DNA of 64,000 nucleotides, taken from the NCBI GenBank assembly GCA_964276515.1, contig OZ193909.1, forward strand, positions 6,262,001-6,326,000, written 5' to 3'. Both the position numbers and the translations under genes were made by a program. This DNA comes from Gordius albopunctatus. Taxonomy: Eukaryota. Shown here piece by piece: positions 53,550 through 64,000 of this stretch (its first letter is position 1; each line of letters begins with the position of its first letter). The notes beneath the pieces were generated by a model. The model was not told where the DNA came from. It made no database searches and worked only from the letters and a program-made list of their open reading frames with translations.

Positions 53550-54020
53550 ACTCTGTGCTCCCCCCTACAAAGGCCTATACCTCTACTGATATGGGTTCGA
53601 ATCTCGGTGAGGGCGCAAATTTTTTTTAATTTAAATAATATATTTTTCTTGTTAATACCATTGATAATATGCCTTTTTGACCGTCCGCTGGCTGCTGACC
53701 AATGAAAAAAATGACCTTTGGCCAAAGTGTGAATCAAAAAAAAATTTCGTTTTTTTTGACTCTTATGTATTGATTGCTATTTATATCCACTTTTAACGTC
53801 TCTTGGTACTGACCAATGGAAAAAATGACCATTTGCCAAAGTGTGAATCGAACTTTTTTCTCGTTTTTTTCTGACTCTTATGTATTTATAGACCGTCTCT
53901 TGTTACTGAACAATGGAAAAAATGACCATAGGCCAAAGTGTGAATCGCATTTTTTTTCGTTTTTTTACTCTTATGTATTAATAGACTGTCGCTTGGTACT
54001 GAACAATGGAAAAATTTAGC
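53550..54020 (+). repeat. Second copy of the B-box-bearing tandem-repeat element
   Basis: Same CCCCTACAAAGGCCTATACCTCTACTGATATGGG, GGTTCGAATC and TGACCAATG(G)AAAAAATGACC..GGCCAAA motifs as 16670-17670, with ~100-120-bp subunits. Confidence 0.85.
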
Positions 54021-54055
54021 ACTGTAAATTTTTTGAGATATACTTACGATACCTA

Positions 54056-54178
54056 TGACATTTTTAGATGCGCGGTAGTAACAGGCAATAGCGGAGCTAT
54101 TGCATGTCGCTGCTTATTGTGACATTTTGTGATGCGCGATGGTAACAGGCAATAGCAGAGATATAGCATGTCGCTGCT
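54056..54178 (+). repeat. Two-copy ~64-bp tandem repeat
   Basis: GACATTTT..GATGCGCG.T.GTAACAGGCAATAGC.GAG.TAT.GCATGTCGCTGCT occurs twice. Confidence 0.8.
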
Positions 54179-54764
54179 CGTTTCGTCGCAAGCCTTTTTT
54201 ATTATTCTCCATTAATAAAGTAAGTTTTTTAATTTAATTATTTCTCCATTAATAATGTAAGTTTTTTGATTTTATTACTGTATTATTAATTGCTATGCAA
54301 TTTTTAATTGTTACGCCTAATATTATATTATTGTTATTAAGTTTTATTAATTATATTGTTTGGGTTTTAAGTCATTATAAGCCATCCTAGCAATTATCCC
54401 AATTTATATAATATGCCTAGTCATTTTGTTTAGTAATTTATGGGTTTTATGCAACTTTCCTTGACGCTAAAATCATACAATCAATAAAGCCCTTCTATGC
54501 ACGTGACAATACACAATACGTACATTAACGTTTTATCCTTATTAATTAATTACTATTCTCCGTTATTATTATTTTATTAATTTTTTAATACAAAAATTAA
54601 AAATGTGACATTGTTTCTCTAGTATTTGGGCTCTGTCGCTCCTCACTTTTCTCCGTTCATTACTCGCCTATATACACCTGGACTATTTTTTAAAGTTCCA
54701 ACTATCATTTTAATTGCTAATATTTTATTTGTACTTTTTCGCTCTTCACTTTTCTCCGTTCATT

Positions 54765-55197
54765 ATGAGTAAGTACCTTTTAAATTAATAAAGATACCAA
54801 ACAATATTTAATGTCTAATTTTATTAATTTATTTTCTATTTTATTGTTTTATTTTTTAGCTCCCACATTTACTATGCACAATAGCTTCTACGAAGTAGAA
54901 GTTAGGGTACGCGCCCATCCAAGCCGCCGTTCGGATCTAGCTCCAACGATACTTTTAGAAATTATTGGGCAGCGGCCGATTGAACCGGTTATACGGCTGG
55001 GTTCCGCCTCCAGGAGTACCTTCTATTATCAAGATCCTGGTCGGTTGCGGTCGCCCGAAGACAGGAGACGGGCGCAGCGCCATAATACAAAGCGCCATAC
55101 TCATTACAGAGGCAGGGCCAAAGTGCAACCATTCCTGGGCCCACGCCCACCTTGCTATGGCTGCCAACGTTGGCACAACCCCCACTCTGTACACTAA
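54765..55197 (+). CDS. Hypothetical small Arg/Pro-rich protein (113 aa as written) with CYGCQRWH motif. Exons 54765-54768 and 54860-55197
   Basis: ATGA|GTAAGT...polypyrimidine TTTTTTAG|CT gives an in-frame 91-nt intron. TATA-like TATATA at ~54669 and AATAAA at ~55353, 55378 and 55413. GC-rich island in AT-rich flanks. Confidence 0.5.
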
Positions 55198-57989
55198 GCC
55201 AGGCGCCCTCTCATCTACCACCTGCACTCTTCTGCCCCAAGAGCCTAGGAGCGGCCCTGACACTTTGACGGAAGGAGAAATAGAACTATTACGCAAATGT
55301 TTATTAATTGTTGTAATTCATACCGTCACATGTAGTTTTTTATATTTTGCCCCAATAAATAACGTGCATCTCTTTTGAATAAACTTTAGCAGTTTAATGG
55401 CCCTTTTCCTCGAATAAATGAAAATCAAATATTAAAAAAACTATAGGCAGTAAAGGCCTACTGCGAAGCTTAAAATGTCATTTATGTGACAGCGACAGAC
55501 TGCAAATTGTGATATGCTTTTTGTTTGCATATCAATTAATATGATAAATTTTAACAACTTTTTGGATTTAGAGGGGGCAGCCCCCTCCCTTGGCTAGGTC
55601 CATGGAAGATTAAACCCTTCACCCCCTTTTTTACGATAAATCTCTTTTATCAGAAGTAATTTACCATTATGAATTAACACTGCCAGATGTAGAAATAACA
55701 ATGGAAAAAAATAATGTAATATATTATAATTCTTTACTTCGAATAAAATAAAATGCAATGATTTTTTTCCACTTATTAAAATTTTGCCCCAATAATGTTT
55801 TTAAATTTTATTATTTTGATTAAATAATTTTAACTATCCCAATAACTTCATGTTCATGCGAAAGATCGTTCTCATTGCTAAAACGGATTAAAACTTATCT
55901 TCGTTCCACAATTGGACAAGATAGGATAGGTTATCTTCCTTAGCTTTATTGGGCTCAGAACATGACTTTGTAAATGTTATTCCCCTGGTTGATATTATAA
56001 ATTCGTTTGCAACATTGAGTAAAAGGCGTAATGAACTACTATTAAAAGACTAATTTTAATATTTAATGAAAAATTATATGGGCTTTTAAACTTGTTTTAA
56101 ACTTTTTAACACTTTCAAAATATATTAAAATATTATTAAATTTACAAAAATTCCATCCTGGTTTAAATTTAATTGTCCATCTCATATGCTTATTGTTTAA
56201 CATATCTTGCATATTTTTATGTACCACATGCACATATAAAGCCAATAATTTTCCAAAAAATTGTTTGTACACCATTTCCCCCCCCCCTTCATTAGTGATA
56301 TCCCATCATAAGTTTGATAAATTAATATTAATAACCAATTGCTGAATTTCATACAATTGTTAACGCATCAAAACTTTCAAGGAATAAAAATCCTAAAAAA
56401 ATTCATTATGTTTGTCTTTGGACGCTAAATTGTTCTTTGCATCAAATTATCAAATAAAATTTTGATTCATTTAATCGTGACAGAATATTTTTAAGGTTCA
56501 TTTAGCCGTTAAATTTATTACTTCATTTTAATTTTTAGGTGATGTAAAGGGGGGGGGGTTGTACAAATATATCTATAATATCAGGGGCAATAACTTCTAA
56601 ATACTTATTCTTGAGCGAATTTTAATTTCATAATTAATTTTTTTAAATTTTTTGTTATAATTACGCCTTTAGAGCATCACCTTAAAAAAGGCTTTTAAAT
56701 GTTCTCATTGTTCTCCTGATATAAATCCTGCCTGAAAATGCTGCCAATATTGCATATGTAAAATTAAAATTTGTTATATATATGGCCAAGATTTTTGAGG
56801 TTGTGGCAATAATTTTTATAAAAACTTTGTTATATAGTTTTTTTTAAACTATTTGCATTATTTTTTAAAATGCCAACGATTTCTTGTCAATATCCCCGTT
56901 CCACTTTTACCCTTACAATTCATTTATACAAAACTTATTATACCATGTGAAATTTTCTATCTTGTTTCAACTACATCACTTTGTTTTATTTATGAATAAA
57001 TTTTATTTATTTTATGCTCTATAAACATGAGGGGACATATTAGTGTGATGTTAATGGAAAAAATACACAAATTAGTAGCGGAATTTTAAGTTTGTCGAAC
57101 GTTCATGAGGGAAAATTTTTAATTGCATTTGACCCATGGTCGTATTTAGGATTTGGATTGGGGGGGGGGCAAAACGTAAATATTTTTTATTCAGGTGGGC
57201 GTAGTAAATTTTTTTGCCCCCCCCTATTTGACCATCTAACCGCCCCCCCCCAAGGCAAAAAGGCTAGCTACGCCACTGTATCTATGGTAAAAACCAGGGT
57301 GTGCGTGTGACGGTATTCGTTTTAAGCGCCAATTGCTTTTCGAGTTCCAACAATTCACCGAGTAGAGCTTCTAAGTCGTCGTCCTTATCTGAGTTCCCTT
57401 TAAAAATATTTTTTTTTCAATTAATTTGAACCTTTATTTGGTAATAGAAAATCTTTATGGTTTTTATCATGTTTATTTCAATCATGTGTTTAAATAAAAC
57501 ATGTAGTCTTCTAATGTAGTAGCATCAATAGAAGCTGATATTTCAATTTGTAAATCAAATTTGCCGCAAACTATTCAGCTTTCTGGTGGATCGGGTCTCG
57601 CTTTTCATTTGGGGAATAGAGGGCTATATAAATTACTTAGAAAGTCTCTACCGCTATGTCAAATTGTGAATACAATGCAGAAGCATTTAATTATAGTGTA
57701 AAAAATTATATCTAATATATAAAAATCACGTGTCATAGTGTTTGTGCCTGAACTCCTCTTAAACGGCTTAACCGATTCTCATGAAACTTTGCATACATAT
57801 TCGGTAGGTATGAGAATCGGTTTTTATCTATTTTTTAACCTCCCAAATAATAAATCGGTCCAATAATATTGATTTATATGTATTGTCAGTCACCCTATAT
57901 GTCAATTACCAAAGGCCCTATGACGTTAGCAATTCAATGGTATCCCAAATTTGAGCATCAACTTGAACAATAACTATGAAATCTTGATA

Positions 57990-58776
57990 TACTGGAAAAG
58001 TGTAATATTGAGTAATCATTTAACTTTTTTTGATAAAATATCTTTTAATACATTTTTAATTTTTAAACAGCATCAAATTAAAAACGAATCATATTTGAAA
58101 TACCCCAACATTTAGAAACCCTAACATTCCTTTGGCTCCTAACATTCCTTTGGCTTCTTCTGTCATTTACTGGGAAAGTGTACATTCCTTTATCTTCTTC
58201 TTTCATTTACTGGAAAAGTGTACTATTGAGTAATCATTTAACTTTTTTTTTATAAAATATCTTTTAATACACTTTTAATTGTTAAACAGCATTAAATTAA
58301 AAACTAATCATATTTGAAATACCCCAACATTTAGAAACCCTAACATTCTTTTGGCTTCTTCTGTCATTTACTGGAAAAGTGTACATTCCTTTATCTTCTT
58401 CTGTCATTTACTGGAAAAGTGTACTATTGAGTAATCATTTAACTTTTTTTATAAAATATCTTTTAATACACTTTTAATTTTTAAACAGCATCAAATTAAA
58501 AACTAATCATATTTGAAATACCCCAACATTTAGAAACCCTAACATTCTTTTGGCTTCTTCTGTCATTTACTGGAAAAGTGTACATTCCTTTATCTTCTTC
58601 TGTCATTTACTGGAAAAGTGTACTATTGAGTAATCATTTAACTTTTTTTATAAAATATCTTTTAATACACTTTTAATTTTTAAACAGCATCAAATTAAAA
58701 ACTAATCATATTTGAAATACCCCAACATTTAGAAACCCTAACATTCCTTTGGCTTCTTCTGTCATATACTAGAAAG
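57990..58776 (+). repeat. ~200-bp tandem repeat, about 4 copies, inside the Helitron
   Basis: GAGTAATCATT recurs at ~58010, 58228, 58429, 58628. Copies are near-identical with an internal ~40-bp subrepeat. Confidence 0.92.
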
Positions 58777-59124
58777 TTTTTCAATCCCAAATTTTTATAT
58801 TTTTTTTGAAGCTCTCGATTTTTCATGGGTGTAGCCAAGGAGGACAGGGAGTGGCGGCCGCCCCTTCCCCTAAATGAGAAAAAAATATAAAAAAATTAAT
58901 ACGAATAAATTATAATCATATAATTTCTGCCTTTTTCCCCTCCCTAAATTATTTTCAAATGTTTTGCACCTTCCTGATTTAAATTCTTGAAGTGACAATG
59001 TATTATTAAAATTAACTTTGATTATAAATAGCATTGATAAGCAAAAATTGGGAGTCTGTAACTTTCATACTAAGTGTAGGTGTTATCATTAAATTGCCAC
59101 TATTTTAATTATTTACAGTTATCA

Positions 59125-62100
59125 ATGCCTGCAAAACGCAAAGGAGCCAATTTAGATCGTCGAACAAAACATAATGCAGTCTTGCGCAATAAACGAGCAC
59201 AGAGAACAGATGAACAACTTTTACAAAATAATGCAGATGTGCGTGTTAGTATGGCTTTATTCCGTGAATCACAATCGCAAGAGACTAGAGATGAACTAAA
59301 TCTACAAAGAAGATTAGACCAAAGACAAGAGCGCCGCTTCGTGTTTAACACACGTAGAGCTATTAACCAACAACTCCAACAAGTACATCGAGCATTTACA
59401 TCAGCTTCATTCCTCCGACTAGCATTCCATTATGAGCCTGACGTTGAATATTACGCTCATTCCAAAGTGGTAATTGGTACTATAGACAAGGAATGTCCAC
59501 ATTGTCATGCACTTAAATTTAAAAATGAGCCACCCGGGATGTGTTGCGCATCAGGAAAAGTACAACTAACGGCAATTGAAGCACCACCTGAACCATTGCA
59601 CGGCTTACTAATTGGCACGGATCCTGATTCTAGCCTATTCCTAAAGTCAATTCGCACATTTAATTCATGCTTCCAAATGACATCGTTCGGAGCAACAGAA
59701 ATAGTTAAAACTGATGCTGGAAACGGTCAGCTATTTAATTCAACCTTCAAAATTAAAGGCCAAGTTTTTCACAAATTGGCTCACTGCTGCCAATGCCAAA
59801 CGATTCCTATAAATTTTTACAAATTTACTTTATCGGTGGCAATGGGTGGTGATGGCTCTGAACGCGCACTAGCCAATCGCGTAGATGCACGTTGCGGCTA
59901 CAATCACATTAATTCACCTTTTGCCAGGCGCATCGTCAGCAATCTGGAAGTTCTGTTGACTGAGCACAATGAATTGTTAAAATTATTTAAAGCACACATG
60001 CCCAAATTAATAAGTGACAAACACGCTATTGTCATCTATCCTGATAAAACACCTGCGGGACAGCATATACGTAGATTTAATGCACCTGTTGTTGACGATG
60101 TTGCTGGAATCATGATTGGCGACCGTACAGCATCGCGCCAAATTGTGATTCGCAAAAGAGATGATAATCTACAGTTCATTCCTGATACCCACCGTTCCTA
60201 TGACGCTTTCCAATATCCGCTCATTTTTTGGAAGGGGCAAGACGGTTATTTTATAAACATTAAACGACCGGATCCCCGAAATAGTATTTTATACAACATA
60301 AAACATGACTACTCATTTTTAATTTTTTTGTATGTATCATATCACAGGAGCTGAAACAAGCAAAAAAGTGAGCTCGATGGATTATTATGCCTATCGTTTG
60401 ATGATTAGAAACGGTGAAGACAACATCATTCTAAGCTGTCGAGAGCTTTGCCAGCAGTTCATTGTGGATATGTATGTGAAGATTGAGAGCGAGCGCTTAT
60501 GTTTCTTACGTTATAACCAGAAAAAGCTGCGTGCTGAAGAATACATCCACCTGCGAGACGCTATCGCTACCAACGCTGACGCTGCCGAAATTGGTAGCTC
60601 CATTATTCTACCATCATCGTACGTAGGTAGTCCGCGTCACATGCAAGAATACATACAGGATGCCATGGCTTACGTACGCGAATACGAACGAACATGTTTA
60701 TTTATCACCTTTACATGTAACCCAAAATGGCAGGAAATTACAACGTTACTCTTACCAGGACAAAATGCAATACATCGTCATGACATAATAGCCCGTGTAT
60801 TTAAACAAAAATTAAGGTCTTTCGTTAACTTTATTACAAAATTACAGATATTTGGCCCCGCACGTTGTTGGATGTATTCGGTTGAGCGGCAAAAGCGTGG
60901 ATTACCTCATGCACATATTTTGATTTGGTTCATTGACAAAATACGCCCAGAAGACATAGATAGTTTAGTATCCGCAGAAATACCGAATTCTTCTAATGAT
61001 CAATTATTGTTTGATATTGTCACCAAAAATATGATTCATGGCCCATGCGGTGCTTTAAATATTTCATCACCTTGCATGTTAGATGGAAAGTGCACAAAAC
61101 GTTTTCCTAAAGATTTCACCAACGATACGATCACACATGGGGACGGATATTCTATATATCTTCGAAGAAGTACCGATGATGGCGGACAATCATTTAGTAA
61201 AACTATCAGTAACGCAGACATTAACATCGACAATCGTTGGGTCGTACCATACTCACCTCTCCTCTGTAAAACATTCAATGCTCATATTAATGTTGAGTTC
61301 TGCAATTCGGTCAAAAGCATAAAATACATTTGCAAATATATTAATAAAGGAAGTGATATGGCTGTATTTAGAGTTGAAAATACCAATGTGAATGCTACGG
61401 CATTGAATGACAGTGATGAAATAACCAACTACCCAATTGGACGATACATCAGCTCCAATGAAACTATTTGGCGAATCTTCGGGTTTCCTATTCATGAACG
61501 TCATCCAGCAGTTATCCATTTAGCTGTTCATCTTGAAAACGGCCAACGCGTTTTTTTCACAAACGAGACGGCTTTTGATCGTTCAATAAATCCACCAAAC
61601 ACCACACTAACAGCTTTTTTTTGCTTTGTGTAATTCCTCCGATGCTTTTGGTGCCTTCGCACGAACACTACTTTATTCAGAAGTACCGCGCTATTTTACG
61701 TGGACGCAATCGTGAAAATGGATGCCGCGCAAGCAAGGCACACAAGTTGATGCATGCCCCGGTTTATTTAAATCAAACAATTTAGGTCGTGTATATACAG
61801 TCAATCCAAGACAGACTGAGTGCTTTTATCTGTGCCTGTTGTTGGTTAATGTCACCGGCCCTTTGTCTTTTCATGATATCCGTAAAGTAAATGGAAAACA
61901 GTATCCAACCTATAAAGATGCATGCCTTGCATTAGGATTGCTAGAAGACGACAATCATTGGGACAGTATGCTTACTGAAGCATCAGTAAACTGTACAGGA
62001 GCGCAAATTCGTCTACTTTTCGCCATAGTGTTGACTACATGTTTGCCTGTCCGAGCACAAACGTTGTGGGATAATCACAAAGATTCTATGACTGATGATA

Positions 62101-62262
62101 TATTGCATCGATATCGTCATATGAGCAACGATCTAACGATACCATTCACCGACTCCATGTACAATGAAGCATTCGCCAATTTAAACATCAGCCATTTCGG
62201 TATGCGGTCACCAAATCGAAATGCATCTGATTTTATCAATACTGATATGAATCGTGAACTAT
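59125..62262 (+). pseudogene. Helitron Rep (HUH endonuclease) gene with a 64-nt intron at 60284-60347; disabled
   Basis: Zn-finger CPHC..MCCASG, YDAFQYPL, LPSSYVGSPRHM, and HUH motifs FITFTCNPKW, QKRGLPHAHIL, KYICKYINKG. Frameshifts at ~59775, ~59845 and ~61620; stop at ~61713. Confidence 0.92.
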
Positions 62263-62312
62263 GTTTTAGTTTTGCCTCCCTCTGAATTCATTAAAAATTT
62301 GTTTGAAAAGAT

Positions 62313-63120
62313 TAGTGTTGTAAATGAACGCGTTCAAATTTAAAAAAAAATTGATAAACGGCGTTCCTTTTTTGTGAACTTTGAACGTGAACGCATTTCT
62401 TTTTTTGATGAACGCGTTCAAATTTAACGTTCGTTCAATTTTAAAACCCCTTTTTTATTTTTATTTATTTGAAAAATGATGTTAATCCGAATTTTGTAAC
62501 AAAAAAGACTTATATCTTGAAATCAGTTGTTTTTCCTATTACCTATTCTGAAATACTTTTAAAATACCATAAGGTACAAAAGAAGATATGATTAAAGTTT
62601 ATTAATTTGATATTATTAATTATATTTCAATTTATAGGTTAATATGGACAATCATATTATTATATCGTCGTCATCTTCAGATTCTGAATATTCAAAATCA
62701 GCAGATGAATGAACATTACCATGGCCAAACATGATAATTTCATAAAGAACCGAATTTAATATTACTAAATCTAAAAAGGAATAAACTTTTAGTTTTATTG
62801 AAAAAGGGTTTGAAACCCCTAGAATTGATAATGAAAGAACTGTCGATTCCGAAATATCATTTTTTGACGAGGAAGTAGAGGGCGGATTGGAGGATGATAT
62901 CTTACCGCAATTTTTTGAAGCGAAGGACATTAAATGTTTTTAATAAATTTCCTGCTTAAGATTTGTTTATTAAGTATAATACTCAAATCCCCTACCAAGC
63001 GTTATTGCTTATTAGACGAAAATTTTGAAAAACAATTATTATTAAAAATTGATAAGAAATTTTTTTTATATTCGCTCTACGATATAAACCTATTATTTTT
63101 TATCATGGCTAATATATTGT
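62313..63120 (+). mobile_element. Probable end of another DNA transposon (TAGTGTTGTAAATGAACGCGTTC, GAACG repeats), possibly followed by decayed coding sequence
   Basis: hAT-like terminus with repeated GAACG/CGTTC motifs, then an acceptor and ATG at ~62644 and an acidic, stop-interrupted frame. Confidence 0.4.
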
Positions 63121-63643
63121 GTTAAAAAATATAAGACATTTGTTTATATTAAATTAAATTTAACTTTGATATGATGGAAATTATAAATATTGAGGTTAGA
63201 TATTTAATTAGGTGGCATGACACATAATAAATGACAATCGTAACAGCACCTTCATAATGAAAGAAGGAAGAGGAAAGGGAATAAAACATATCAGCTGATT
63301 CGCCTAAGTGTGCTCTTTCATATTCAATTTAAAAATTTAGATTTCATCCAATAATTTAAAAATTATAAGCGTTCAAAGTGGTGTCACCTACAGGTTACAC
63401 TGGTACCTCTCGGGTTAAGCTAATCTTCATTGATTTTGTGTATAAATTATTCTAATTATTTTTCACAGCTAATAATAGCTTAAGTCAGAATCCAGGGGTT
63501 AGGCCTACTAATTAGTTAGACAATCAAAATTACGGTATAAATCGTCTAATATACCGCAAACAACCATAAATCAAGCTAAATAGATTAACGATCCGTAGGA
63601 TTCGCTGATCTTGGATTGGAACGATCACATTTATCCGCCTAAA

Positions 63644-63836
63644 GATTAGTTTGTAGGATAGGGTACTCATGCAAGTCACACTAAAAAATCATTTAATACA
63701 CTGTCATTAACCCTCGAGAGTATTCCTGAAAATCCGAAACGCGAGAGCATTCGTGGGGTATATTTGGGATTAGTTTGTAGGGTAGGGTACTCATGCAAGT
63801 TACACTAAAAAAATCATTTAACACACTGTCATTAAC
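63644..63836 (+). repeat. ~68-bp direct duplication
   Basis: GATTAGTTTGTAGG.TAGGGTACTCATGCAAGT.ACACTAAAAAA..TCATTTAA.ACACTGTCATTAAC at ~63644 and ~63768. Confidence 0.8.
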
Positions 63837-64000
63837 TCGCAGTTCCGCAAACCCAATGTAAATTACTCAAAAAGAATGGTTTCTATAGTCTTGTCTCATT
63901 AATTCTTCTAATTAACACTGCAGGCATTGCTATTTTAAATGTCGCATAACAAAATATTCGTGTCGTAGTAATATATATGTAATGGAAATTAGTGCGAAAA

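Larger units (their letters stand above)
57711..62262 (+). mobile_element. Autonomous-type Helitron, 3'-truncated before the Pif1 helicase
   Basis: 5' end A|TCTAATATATAAAAATCACGTGTCA..., followed by the Rep gene. No helicase motifs or 3' CTAG seen. Confidence 0.9.

Noticed and set aside
57990..58776. CRISPR-like array (also 16670-17670 and 53550-54020)
   Set aside because: Units repeat in full with no unique spacers, no cas genes, and the context is eukaryotic.

Overview
AT-rich eukaryotic (invertebrate-type animal) genomic DNA with spliceosomal GT-AG introns and dense transposon content. Three conserved host genes can be reconstructed exon by exon: a secreted animal heme peroxidase (+, 16 coding exons, 7032-22276, ~758 aa), tail-to-tail with DDX46/Prp5 (-, 22 coding exons, 35731-22602, ~1106 aa), and TMEM267 (-, 3 coding exons, 48280-47279, ~238 aa). 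There is also an orphan 257-aa ORF (-, 5743-4970) head-to-head with the peroxidase, and a small spliced Arg-rich ORF (+, 54765-55197). Mobile DNA includes RTE LINEs, two related Ty3/Gypsy remnants, a CRE-like RLE retrotransposon, an autonomous-type Helitron with an intron in its Rep gene, a non-autonomous Helitron, and several MITE families with 8-bp TSDs. Best novelty candidates: (1) an unrecognised family of small basic proteins with a C-x2-C-x2-W-H knuckle, seen once as a spliced gene and once as cargo in a DNA transposon; (2) start codons on 14-19-nt micro-exons followed by 36-38-nt introns; (3) a tandem tRNA B-box-bearing dispersed element. All calls are from manual reading; no searches were run and the organism is not identified.
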